In this document: piece by piece, positions 38,068-48,240 of the stretch
Layout of the letters: the number at the start of each line of letters is the position of its first letter
Position numbering within the stretch: the first letter of the stretch is position 1
NCBI GenBank assembly: GCA_963836185.1
Contig: CAWIIQ010000001.1
Location: 288,001-352,000, forward strand
From: Candidatus Krumholzibacteriia bacterium
GTDB lineage: Bacteria; Krumholzibacteriota; Krumholzibacteriia; Krumholzibacteriales; Krumholzibacteriaceae
Direction of reading: 5' to 3'
Length of the DNA stretch: 64,000 nt
Made by a program: the position numbers and the translations under genes
The notes under the pieces: model-generated
Database searches by the model: none
Seen by the model: only the letters and a program-made list of their open reading frames with translations
What the model was told of the DNA's origin: nothing

Positions 38068-38313
38068 TCAGCCGCCTTCACGGAGATTTCCCTGGGAACG
38101 GTCGATTACTGAGGCCACGATCGCGGCGATAGCGGCCTTGTCTTTTTTTGCGGGAACAGATGCCCGGGCTGCCGGAGGGTTCTCTTCTGGCCCGTTGCCG
38201 ATGAATTTCCGCAGGACGAACGAGGTCGCTTTTATCGTGAGTACAAGCAGGCCGAGGAATAGAAAGACCACGGACATGCCGAGAACCATCAGCATCAGGC
38301 CTTCAGCGAACAT
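38068..38313 (-). CDS. oadG: OadG-family decarboxylase gamma subunit
   Basis: 'GLMLMVLGMSVVFLFLGLLV' TM, Pro/Ala linker, 'AAIAAIVA'; start placed at MFAEG. Confidence 0.85.
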   Translation of the reverse strand: MFAEGLMLMVLGMSVVFLFLGLLVLTIKATSFVLRKFIGNGPEENPPAARASVPAKKDKAAIAAIVASVIDRSQGNLREGG

Positions 38314-38564
38314 AACCGGTTCCTCGCGGGGCAGTTGACGCCACTGCCATATCGAAAAAGTGAAAATCGGGAGCCGCACCGTTATTCACAGCCCGCGGGC
38401 CGATTCCTGCAGAGACCCGGAAAACATAATAGAACAGCACATCATTATAAAGCGGAATTATGAGCGCTGGAACCATTCCTGATTATGCGGTATAATGCCT
38501 TCGGGTTTTGATGGGTTATTCCGCAAAGATCTTTATAGCAGGCAGCTTCACGAGGAGTTCTATC

Positions 38565-38849
38565 ATGTACGAACAAAAATGCGAGCATCTGGAAGAGGGG
38601 CCGCCCCCCGAGCCCGGCTCTATCGGCTGCGAGGAATGCATGGAGATCAGCCAGGCGTGGGTGCAACTGCGCATATGCAGGTCGTGCGGCCATGTCGGCT
38701 GCTGCGACAGCTCGATCGGTAAGCACGCTACGGCCCATTACCAGGCGACGGGACACCCGGTGATGCAGTCGTTTGAGCCCGGTGATACCTGGGGATGGTG
38801 CTACGTCGAAGAGAAGATGCTGGGGCCTTTACCACCGGCGAGAAAGTAA
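38565..38849 (+). CDS. UBP-type zinc finger protein
   Basis: 'CEH...CEEC...WVQLRICRSCGHVGCCDSS..KHATAH...HPV..SFEPG..WGWCY'; GAGGAG SD before MYEQ. Confidence 0.9.
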   Translation: MYEQKCEHLEEGPPPEPGSIGCEECMEISQAWVQLRICRSCGHVGCCDSSIGKHATAHYQATGHPVMQSFEPGDTWGWCYVEEKMLGPLPPARK

Positions 38850-38871
38850 ACGATCGAGGGCGGAAGGCTGA

Positions 38872-39483
38872 ATGAAACTGACAGGAATAGTACTGGCGGG
38901 AGGGAAGAGCTCGAGGATGGGGCGGGACAAGGCTCTGCTCGAGTGGGGCGGGTTGCGCCTGATCGAGAGGGCGGTATCGATAATCTCAGGCTTGTGCGAC
39001 GACATCCTGATCAGTACGAGCAATCCAGCTCTCGCATATCTCGGATTTCCCCTCGTCAGTGACATACACCGCGGCATCGGGCCGATAGCGGGGCTGTGCG
39101 CTGCGCTCAGATACTCACGGGCTGCGCACCATATCGTGATCCCCTGCGATACGCCACTGGTCACCGTCGATGTCTTCGAGAGGCTCTTCGCTGTTGCCAG
39201 CGCGGCGCATCCTCCTGCGTGTGTCGCGGGAACAGAAGACGGTTTCATCGAACCTCTCATAGGCTGCTACCACAGATCGGCACTGCCGCTCCTCGAAGAA
39301 CAGATTCAAAGACACGATTTCAAACTTCATAATGCGCTCACCCGGATGGGCGCCAATGTTGAGATATTTCCCGACAGGCGGATCTTCCGGAACATCAATA
39401 CGAAAAAGGATCTCCATGAGGTCTCACTATCCGGTAATGCAGTGAGGAGCATTCATGTCACTATCCCGATCCAGGCAGGCTGA
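38872..39483 (+). CDS. mobA: Molybdenum cofactor guanylyltransferase
   Basis: 'LAGGKSSRMGRDK', 'GPIAG', 'PCDTP', 'NINT'. Confidence 0.92.
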   Translation: MKLTGIVLAGGKSSRMGRDKALLEWGGLRLIERAVSIISGLCDDILISTSNPALAYLGFPLVSDIHRGIGPIAGLCAALRYSRAAHHIVIPCDTPLVTVDVFERLFAVASAAHPPACVAGTEDGFIEPLIGCYHRSALPLLEEQIQRHDFKLHNALTRMGANVEIFPDRRIFRNINTKKDLHEVSLSGNAVRSIHVTIPIQAG

Positions 39484-40453
39484 GAAGACAACAGCGGGGG
39501 CCGGGACGGCATCAACCTGGTCGTTTGCCGGTGACGTCGGGCGGGGGCTCGGCGACTGCCCGAAGCATCTCGACTGCAGGTATTTTTATGACTACGAGGG
39601 ATCGCTTCTCTTCGAGGAGATATGCGGGCTGCCAGAGTATTACCAGACAAGGACCGAGAGCAGGATCCTGGAAAGGAATGCCGGGGAGATTGTCGGCGGC
39701 CTGCCTGAGGATGTCGTTCTGGTCGAACTTGGAAGTGGCAGTTCGTCCAAGACGACGATCATCATCGAGGCTCTTTTGGGAAAGTACGGCTCTGCCTCCT
39801 ATACCCCGATAGATATCTCCCGCGCAATGCTTGAGGAATCAGCGGCTCAGCTGCGGGCAAAATACGATGGGCTCGAGATAGTCTCGATCGCCGCCGAATA
39901 CAGGGAGGGCCTCGCGCGGTTGAGGGAATTCGATAAACGCCCCGAGCTGATACTCTGGCTCGGATCGAGCATCGGCAATTTCGAACGTACAGGAGCCGTT
40001 GCGTTTCTAAAGGGTATCACCACGGGCCTGACGGAGCACGACCGGCTCCTGATAGGATTCGACCTGGTCAAGGATCTCGATGTGCTGAAAAAAGCATACA
40101 ACGACTCGCGCGGAGTCACCGCGGCGTTCGATCTCAACCTCCTCGCGAGGATAAACCGCGAGCTCGGAGGTGGATTCGATATCGATTCGTTCGAGCACAT
40201 CGCCGAGTACAATACGGATAAGGACAGGATCGAGATGTACCTGTGCAGCACAAAGGATCAGGATGTGCGTATCGAGAGCCTCGGCCGCACCTTCCATTTC
40301 GAAAAAGGTGAGAGGATCCACACGGAGAACTCGCACAAGTACACTCACGAGGCTATAAAAGAGATCTCCGGCGAAGTCGGCCTCGATATTATACGGCAGT
40401 GGAATGATTCCAGGGACTGGTTCAACCTGACCTTGTTCTCACTGGTACGATAA
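39455..40453 (+). CDS. egtD: L-histidine N-alpha-methyltransferase (hercynine synthase)
   Basis: 'YFYDYEGSLLFEEICGLPEYYQTRTE', 'ELGSG', 'GSSIGN', 'AYND..GVTAAF', 'IHTENSHKY'. Confidence 0.93.
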   Translation: MSLSRSRQAEKTTAGAGTASTWSFAGDVGRGLGDCPKHLDCRYFYDYEGSLLFEEICGLPEYYQTRTESRILERNAGEIVGGLPEDVVLVELGSGSSSKTTIIIEALLGKYGSASYTPIDISRAMLEESAAQLRAKYDGLEIVSIAAEYREGLARLREFDKRPELILWLGSSIGNFERTGAVAFLKGITTGLTEHDRLLIGFDLVKDLDVLKKAYNDSRGVTAAFDLNLLARINRELGGGFDIDSFEHIAEYNTDKDRIEMYLCSTKDQDVRIESLGRTFHFEKGERIHTENSHKYTHEAIKEISGEVGLDIIRQWNDSRDWFNLTLFSLVR

Positions 40454-40456
40454 TTC

Positions 40457-43400
40457 ATGGCGAAGAAGAACGGGCATACGGAGAAACGGGCGATGTGCGG
40501 GATCTGCAGCGCCGGCTGCTGGATCGTCGCAACGCTCGATGCAGAGGGCAGGCTTGTCTCGGTCAGGCCCGACGAGGGTACGCCGATGGGGATTATCTGC
40601 CGGCTCGGCGAGCATTCTGCCGAGATCGTCTACTCGAAGGACCGGCTCCTCTACCCGATGAAGCGCAAGGGGCCGAAAGGGACGTACGATTTCGAGCGGA
40701 TATCATGGGACGAGGCATACGAGACGATCACCGAGCGCCTTCAGGCCATTAAGAACGAGCATGGCGCGGAAGCGACGGCGATATACACAGGCGTTGGTTC
40801 GTTCGAGCTTTCGATGTGCGACGTATATCAGCCCAAAGGTGTCGCGATTTCATCGGCGAGCAGCGTCCTCTTCCCGTTCGGTTCCCCAAACACGATGGGA
40901 GTCGGCGCACTCTGCTATGTGGCCTACGGGATGATCGCGCCCCACGTGACGATGGGGCGGATGTTCATGAACACATTCTCCGACATCGAGAGCTCCGAGC
41001 TGATCGTCGTCTGGGGAACGAATCCTGCGACCGACCTTCCGCCGATAGACATGCAGCGGATCATGCAGGCGCGCGAGAAGGGCGCGGAGGTCGTAGTGAT
41101 CGACCCTCGCAGAACGGCGACGGTGAAGATGACAGGCGGCGAGTGGGTTCCGATCCGGCCAGGCACCGACGGCGCACTGGCGCTCGGCATGATAAACGTG
41201 CTTATGCGAAGAGGAACTCTACGATGAGGATTTCGTCCGCGACTGGACGGTCGGCTTCGACAGCCTCGCGAAATACACACAGCACTACCGCCCCGAGGTG
41301 GTCGAGCATATCACCGGCATCCCCGCGGAGACAGTTGTCTCACTGGCACACAGGATCGCCGCTGCGAAGGGCGTCTCACAGCTGATGTACACCGGCCTCG
41401 AGTACGCCAACAGCGGCGTCCAGAACATACGCGCGACGCTGATCCTCTGGGCCCTCGCCGGACAGCTCGATGTTCCCGGCGGGCTCTGCTTCACGATGGA
41501 CTCGAACCACTTCCCGATAAACCGAGAAGGGTTGATAGAGAATCCCGATGTCGGCCCCAGGCTCGGGCGCGACAAGTTCCCTGTCTACATCAAGTACCGC
41601 GATGAGGCGCACGCGATCGCCCTCCCGGAGTCGGTGCTGGGCGGCAATCCGTACAAGATAAGGTCACTGATAATCCTCGGAAGCTCGATTACGACCTCAT
41701 GGCCGAACTCGGCTATATGGAAGAAGACGCTGAACAATCTCGATTTCCTCGTCACGATAGACAGGCAGCTGACCGCCGACTCGGCCTACGCCGATATCGT
41801 TCTTCCGGCGACGACGTACTACGAGAATATCTCGTACATGACATACAGCGGGACCTTCCGCATTCGTGACAGGGTCATCGAGCCACTCGGTGAGGCGCGC
41901 AGCGACTTCTTCATCATCTCCGAACTGGCCAAAAGACTCGGGTACGGGCATCTATACCCGCAGACTGAGGACGAGATGCTGAACTACGTCCTGAAGGGCT
42001 CGCCCTTCACCCTCGAAGATGTGAGGGAGGCCGGCGGCACAGTGTCGATCAAGACGAAGATGATGGAATACAGGAAGTGGGAGAAGGGACTGCTGCGCAG
42101 CGATGGGAAGCCGGGATTCGAAACCCCTTCGGGTAAATTCGAGATCGCGTCCTCGGTCCTGGAGGAGTACGGGTACGAGCCGCTTCCAAAGTACACCGAG
42201 CCGAAGGAAGGACCGATTGCCCAGCCTGAACTCCTGAAAGATTATCCACTGGTATTCAATTCTGGCGGCCGCGTTCGCACGAGTTTCCACACTCAGCACC
42301 ACGGGATAGAGGGCCTGAACAAAGAACGCCCCGAGCCGACCGTTATGCTGAATGACGAGGATGCCGGGGACAGAGGGATAGAAAATGGCGACAGGGTGAT
42401 CATAAGGACTCAGCGTGGCGAAGTCACAATGCGCGCGATCGTAACCGACGGGATCGTGAAAGGGGCGATCGACGCGAACCACGCCTGCGGCAGCCCAGTC
42501 GGCCCCGAGGCATGGCGCGATGCGAACATCAACGACCTGACCGACCTCGACAACTACGATCCGATATCGGGGTTCCCTGTCTACAAGTCGCTCCTCTGTC
42601 AGGTGCTGAGGGAAAAGGACGCCGGCGAACGCCTGGTCCTCGGCACAGGCGAGATGGAAGGAGACGAGATAGCAGTCACGGACAACACCCCGCAAGAGAC
42701 GATATACCTCGACAACAATGCCACTACAGCACTCGCTCCCGATGTCATCGAGTACATGCAGGAAGTGATGACCACGTACGGTAATCCCTCGAGCATCCAC
42801 CGCGAGGGAAAGAAATCGAGAAAGATCATCGATGAGGCCCGCCGCCGTGTGGCAAGGCAGATCGGCTGCACGGCAAAGCGGATCGTATTCACAGGCTCCG
42901 GCTCCGAAGCGAACAACCTCGCGATCAAGGGTATCGCATTCGCCAGCCGTGATGAAAAGAATCACATCATCACATCATCCATAGAACATCCCGCTGTGCT
43001 GAATACATGCAGATGGCTCGAAGGCTACGGATTCGAGGTGACATATCTCGATGTCGATGAAACAGGAATGATCAGACCGGAAGATCTCAAGGAAGCGATT
43101 ACGGACAAGACCTGTCTCGTATCGATAATGCTGGCTAACAACGAAACGGGCACGATCCAGCCGTTAAAGGAGCTCGCGCAGATAGCGCATTCAGGAAGCG
43201 CCATCTTCCATACTGACGCGGTCCAGGCGATAGGCAAGATACCCGTCGATGTCGATGAACTTGGAGTGGATCTGCTCACCATCTCCGCCCACAAGCTCCA
43301 CGGTCCGAAGGGAGTCGGTGCGCTCTATATCCGTAAAGGCATAGAACTCGAGAACCTGATCCACGGTGGAGGGCAGGAGGGAGGCATCCGTTCAGGCACC

Positions 43401-43850
43401 GAGAACGTTATCGAGATAGCTGGATTCGGAAAAGCGATGGATAGCGTTCCCCGCTACCTGGAAAGCATGAAGAAGATAGAGAAACTCCGCGACCACCTCG
43501 AAGAAGGTATTACGAAGATCGTCAAGGACGCACGCCTCAACGGCAACAGGAAACAAAGGCTCCCCAACACACTAAACATGACCCTGCCTGAGCTGCGCGG
43601 CGAATCGCTCGTCCTCGAGATGGACCGCCGCGGCGTCTGCTTTTCGTCCGGGTCCGCCTGCCATTCCGGCTCTCCCGATCCGTCCCACGCTCTCCTCGCT
43701 CTGGGCCTCACCGAAGAACAGGTTCATTGCGCCCTGCGATTCTCCCTCGGACACGATACTACAGATCAGGAAATCGATCGCACGATCGAACTCCTGAAAG
43801 AAGTGATCGAACGTTCGAAGAAGATCGTCAGGTTCGTCTCGTGTAAGTAG
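40457..43850 (+). CDS. Molybdopterin oxidoreductase-cysteine desulfurase fusion (MES-type ergothioneine synthase), split by a +1 frameshift near 41206
   Basis: N-terminal CGICSAGC..C [4Fe-4S] motif, 'WGTNP', 'PGTDGALALG', 'ADIVLPA', 'FETPSGK'; C-terminal IscS 'YLDNNATT', 'SAHKLHGPKG', 'SSGSAC'. Removing one base in CTTATGCGAA restores 'VLIEEELYDEDFV' and a single ~1130-aa ORF. Confidence 0.88.
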
Positions 43851-43974
43851 GATGCTGTCTTTTAAAGAAAGAATTTGCCATCAAACATTGACCTTGAGTG
43901 AATATTCTGTCTGTATCTATACTACTCTCGGTAGATGACCCAGGGGGCCCCGGATACAGCGAAAGCGGATAATA

Positions 43975-44724
43975 ATGGACGAGCCTGAAAAGAAATCAGG
44001 AGAAAAAAGTTTTATAAAGGAATTCATCGCCGATGCGTTTGATATCGATCACGGCCTCTTCAAGACATTTGTGATGCTTTTCAAGTCTCCCCGCAGAGTC
44101 ATTGACGCATATATCCGGGACGAAAAGACAAACTATTATTCACCCTTCAAGTATGTCATCCTCACGACTACTATTCTCACTTTCGTTTTTCTGCTGGCGA
44201 TCGATTTGGGCACTCTTATCGAGAATCGAATGGACTCTGCCCAGCAATCGATGCAGGGGGAAACTCAGCAGGAAGAAGCAGCGGTCAAGATTTCGAAAAA
44301 TGGCACATTTGTCTTTCTCTTTCTGACCCGCCGGTTCAGCACGCTGTTGATGTTGTTTCTCATGATGCCGTCATTCGCGATATTCAGCAGAATTCTGTTT
44401 AAAGATGTAATGCCGAAGTTCTCGAATCACTTCGCTCTGAGCGCGTACCTGGTGGGTCAGATCAACTGCGTCCAGCTGCTGATGTGTGTGCCGTTGTTTT
44501 TTCTAGATCCCGCTACAAAAGAGACGAGTAGATATCTGCTGGCATTCGATCTGTCAGCTGTGGCGATCATGTTCTATGGTTATCTGCGCGTCTTTTCTTT
44601 CAGAAAGGCCGGTTTTGTCCTGCGGGCAGTGTTCGCGACTGTTCTTGGATCTATAATGTATTTACTTCTCCTTACACTGGTAACAACCTCTGCAGCGATC
44701 GTTATGTATCTGTACGGAAGATAA
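43975..44724 (+). CDS. DUF3667-like membrane protein
   Basis: 'FDIDHGLFKTF..LF..P..VI..YI......YYSPFKY' followed by several TM segments. Confidence 0.7.
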   Translation: MDEPEKKSGEKSFIKEFIADAFDIDHGLFKTFVMLFKSPRRVIDAYIRDEKTNYYSPFKYVILTTTILTFVFLLAIDLGTLIENRMDSAQQSMQGETQQEEAAVKISKNGTFVFLFLTRRFSTLLMLFLMMPSFAIFSRILFKDVMPKFSNHFALSAYLVGQINCVQLLMCVPLFFLDPATKETSRYLLAFDLSAVAIMFYGYLRVFSFRKAGFVLRAVFATVLGSIMYLLLLTLVTTSAAIVMYLYGR

Positions 44725-44778
44725 TACCAGCTCTTACCATTAAAGATGCGTAAGTCTGAAAGCATTCAGCGTTGCTGA

Positions 44779-46419
44779 TCAGCCGCGTTCAATCTGTCGC
44801 CGCCGCCCGAGTACGGCAAGAACCAGCAGCCCGGCAGTCAGCAGCAGAAAAAGCAGTGGTGTCCCTGCGGCCACGGACCTGGAGCCGACCCCCTTGAAAT
44901 CGAACCACCTGAACGCGCCCGAGAGCCCGAGGTAGCAGAGGACTGGGTAGAGTATCTGGAACGCCCGGCTCCCGTTTGTCCAGACGCCGCATACAAGGGC
45001 CAGCGCCGCAACAAACATCGCTCCGACTATCAGGGCAGCGAACATCCCGATGCGTCCCGCGATAAGGAGCCTCAGCCCGTAACCTGATCCCATCACAAGC
45101 GCCAATATCATGCCCGCGGCCCAGGCTGCCGGGAGCTGGCGCCTGATGGACCGCGCGGCGGGGAAGACCAGGGCCTCGGTCCGGTTCTGACACTCGCGGT
45201 TTCCCATCAGTGACCAGACCATAGTGGGCCAGGCCCAGGCGATTGCCAGCAGCAGTATCCTGATCGGCTCTTTCGGCACGACTGCGGAGGCGATGATCAG
45301 TCCGAGGGCCCCGGCGTACCACCACCAGGCCATGCCGGCCAGCATCATCCGCAGCTCGATAAGTGTCAATGTCCAGAGCCTTGCTCTGGCAGGCGTTTCA
45401 TCGAGTGGAGTAAGCCGGGTGAAAGCGATTCCTCCGGTAGATTCTATTTCAGGAACAGCAGCAGACTCTTCTTTCGTATCTTTTTTCTTTTTCCTTTTCG
45501 ATTTCCTGCGGATCCTCGCGCCGAGTCTTCGCCTGGCCGGATCGAAACGGTCGAACGGGAGAGCGGTCAGCAGGACAACACCCAGTGATCCCAAAAGCCA
45601 CAGCAGCCGTCCGAGTATCTCTCTGAATCCCCAGCCGGTACCGTCCCACTTGAAATGCTCCACGGTATTCCCGGAGGTAGGCTGATAGATATCGGTCGTA
45701 CCGGTTGTTGTATCGAGGCCCTGGTCGACCATGCTCCTGGACATCGAGGAGATGCTCGAAGCGGCTCCTATGAAGTCGTTGTGCGGGACCGTATCGACAG
45801 GCGAGTCAAACATCGCCCCGAGAGATATCGCCATCAGTATCCATCCCCACAAGGCGATGTAGGCGATATATCCCAGCGTGCCGCGAAGCAGGGGCACGGT
45901 CTCGAACATAATCGCCAGGGCCGCTACCCATGCCATCACGGGCAGGCTCATTCCCCAGATCGGTGCCAGAAGCTGCCACAGATTCACAGCCCTGTCCTCA
46001 CCGCGGACGAGCTGCATTATGATGGCGATGATGCTGAGGATCGCTATTATCGCGGCGAATACCGCCAGGTTGCTGAGCCATTTCCCGATCATGTATTCGA
46101 ATCTCGATATCGGGGTGGAAGCGATGATCTGTCCGACTCGGGTACGGTAGTCACGGGTCACCGCGTCCTTGACCATGTAGAAGCCGATGAGACTCAGCAG
46201 TGACGCTACGCTCAGTCCGATCACAGTGCCTATCCATGCAGAATTGTAGAAACCCCTGCTCCCGTATATTACAAAACCGTTGTAGGAAGCGCCTGCCGAC
46301 GGGACAAGCGAATATCCGAAGTAGATGGTTATGCCGAGGACGACGAGAAAACTGAACCGGCGTATACGTTCGAGGAAATCGGCCCGCGCTAGATGATAAA
46401 TCGCGTTGAATCCCGTCAT
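44779..46419 (-). CDS. ABC-2-type transporter permease (double membrane domain)
   Basis: Start reassigned to MTGFN; 'RD......IIASTPISR..Y..GK..SN'; many TMs; follows the ATPase gene. Confidence 0.8.
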   Translation of the reverse strand: MTGFNAIYHLARADFLERIRRFSFLVVLGITIYFGYSLVPSAGASYNGFVIYGSRGFYNSAWIGTVIGLSVASLLSLIGFYMVKDAVTRDYRTRVGQIIASTPISRFEYMIGKWLSNLAVFAAIIAILSIIAIIMQLVRGEDRAVNLWQLLAPIWGMSLPVMAWVAALAIMFETVPLLRGTLGYIAYIALWGWILMAISLGAMFDSPVDTVPHNDFIGAASSISSMSRSMVDQGLDTTTGTTDIYQPTSGNTVEHFKWDGTGWGFREILGRLLWLLGSLGVVLLTALPFDRFDPARRRLGARIRRKSKRKKKKDTKEESAAVPEIESTGGIAFTRLTPLDETPARARLWTLTLIELRMMLAGMAWWWYAGALGLIIASAVVPKEPIRILLLAIAWAWPTMVWSLMGNRECQNRTEALVFPAARSIRRQLPAAWAAGMILALVMGSGYGLRLLIAGRIGMFAALIVGAMFVAALALVCGVWTNGSRAFQILYPVLCYLGLSGAFRWFDFKGVGSRSVAAGTPLLFLLLTAGLLVLAVLGRRRQIERG

Positions 46420-47314
46420 GCAGTTACCTCTTCCAACGGCGCTTCGCCGTTGGCCGACGAGATGCAGTAGAGGTATGCGTCTTCGAGCGAGGGAGGTGCC
46501 GATTCGGCGCCGGCGGTGGGGGGGCGTCGGATACCACGCGTATGTGGACGCCGTCACTTCGCCTCAACGCCCCGCTGATCACGTGGTGCTCTCGAAAGTC
46601 GTTCAACTCGGAGCTGGAGACTACGCACGACCAGACCTTGTCGTCAACGAGCGAAAGAAGATCCTCGGGTGATGAATGACGAAGGAGCCTTCCGCGGTTT
46701 ATCAACGCGATATCAGTGGCCGCCGCTTCGACGTCAGAAACGATATGTGTCGAGAGTATGACGATGCGGTCGCCGGAAAGATCTGAGATCAGGTTGCGGA
46801 AACGGACCCGTTCCTCCGGATCGAGTCCCACGGTCGGTTCATCAACGATGAGGAGCTTCGGATCGTTAAGGAGGGCCTGGGCGATCCCGACCCTCTGCTT
46901 CATGCCACCGGAATAGCTGCCGAGCGGCCGCCTGCTGAGATCGGTGATATTCACCAGTTGAAGCAGCTCGTCGATTCGTCTTCGCGCAGCCGCACCCCCT
47001 ATGCCCCTCAGGGCCGCGAGGTACTGCAGGAACTCGACCGCTGTCAGGTTGGGATATATCCCGAAATTCTGGGGCAGATAGCCTAGCACTGAACGGACGG
47101 CATCAGGAGAACGGACTATGTCAGTCCCGTTCCAGGTCACCGCGCCCTGTGTCGGTTTTGTGACGGTGGCCAGGATGTTCATCAGCGTGGTTTTACCCGC
47201 ACCATTCGGCCCGAGGAGCCCGAGTACGCCGGTACCCGTCCTCAGGGTGAAATCCCGCAGCCCCCACACATCTCCCTTGTATCTCTTGCCGGCTCCATCT
47301 ATGAGAATCTCCAT
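46416..47314 (-). CDS. ABC transporter ATP-binding protein (3' homopolymer frameshift)
   Basis: GPNGAGKT, YSGGMKQR, VDEPT, STH. One extra C in the C7 run (46518-24) restores 'PSLEDAYL...EEVTA*' with an ATGA overlap into the permease. Confidence 0.92.
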
Positions 47315-47473
47315 CGAGGTAATACCGTTCCTTCCTGAAGTGCTTTTTAATAAATCGGTAGCGGTTATGTACAGGATTAGACAAGCCGGGCCTGGAAAAG
47401 TTTCAGATTGAAAAGTCAGACTGCCGTCTGAATTGCCGTGAAGGCTGTAAGAGAAAGGAGTGCAATGAAATAG

Positions 47474-47611
47474 AACCTTAAAGAAGTTCGATGGACAGTG
47501 GACGATAACAGTGGTAAACCTGTTTCAAGCAGCATCTACTTCTACAGCCTGACAGCGGGCGACTCCAAACGGGCGAAAAATATGGTGTTACTGCGGCAGG
47601 AGGCAGCATGA
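47474..47611 (+). pseudogene. Decayed remnant of a T9SS/FlgD-Ig C-terminal domain
   Basis: Translates to 'KEVRWTVDDNSGKPVSSSIYFYSLTAGDSKRAKNMVLLRQEAA*', matching the CTD tail of the ten cargo genes. Confidence 0.7.
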
Positions 47612-48117
47612 AGATGGGATTATTAGATTCAGGAGTAAAGATAGTATTGCTGGTTGTTCTTGTGATGTTCGCTGCAACCGGATGCGACGACGACAGCTGT
47701 ACTCCCACAAAATGCGATCCGCCTCCTCTTTCTGTGCTCTCTGTCGATGTGACCGAGTTTCGGATTCACGTGCTCTGGGGGATGCCGGGCCCCGACCATC
47801 TTTATAGTGACCTGACACTGAGGATAGAGAACACGAGCTCGAAATATTCCTATTCCGGTGTTTCGATCGCTTCGGCAGAGGTATACCGTGCCTCGGACAA
47901 CCAGCTGCTGGGTGAGATCATGTTCGAGACCGACTGGGACGGCATAATCGACGCAGGAGAAGTCGTTACAGTCGAATTCGACAAGATAATCGAGGCTGCC
48001 CAGATATTCCCCTACCCGTGCGATGAGTACCTCTACCTCGAGATCACGATCGCAGCACCGGAGTACGGAGAGATGAAGGCCGGTACGCCGACCTACCTCT
48101 GTTCGTGTCTTATCTGA
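47608..48117 (+). CDS. Hypothetical lipoprotein
   Basis: AGGAGG SD; lipobox 'AATGC'; acidic/Cys-rich N-terminus and C-terminal 'CSC'. Confidence 0.7.
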   Translation: MKMGLLDSGVKIVLLVVLVMFAATGCDDDSCTPTKCDPPPLSVLSVDVTEFRIHVLWGMPGPDHLYSDLTLRIENTSSKYSYSGVSIASAEVYRASDNQLLGEIMFETDWDGIIDAGEVVTVEFDKIIEAAQIFPYPCDEYLYLEITIAAPEYGEMKAGTPTYLCSCLI

Positions 48118-48144
48118 CGTACCGTCTTTTCGCCCCGCCACTCA

Positions 48145-48173
48145 TTGAAAATCCTTCCAGATTCTGCTACAAT
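48145..48173 (+). promoter_or_regulatory. sigma70-type promoter
   Basis: TTGAAA-N17-TACAAT with extended -10 TG. Confidence 0.6.
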
Positions 48174-48240
48174 AGTATGCGGCTGATCTCAATAAGGACA
48201 CAATCCAAATGCCAGTAAACCCTGATCCGGGAGGCTTGTC

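Noticed and set aside
41190-41230. Programmed frameshift in the MES gene
   Set aside because: No slippery heptamer or stimulatory structure, and similar indels occur throughout the window.
47465-47473. Pyrrolysine or amber readthrough at ATG AAA TAG
   Set aside because: No pyl genes in the window, other genes here use TAG as a stop, and the downstream frame is a decayed fragment.
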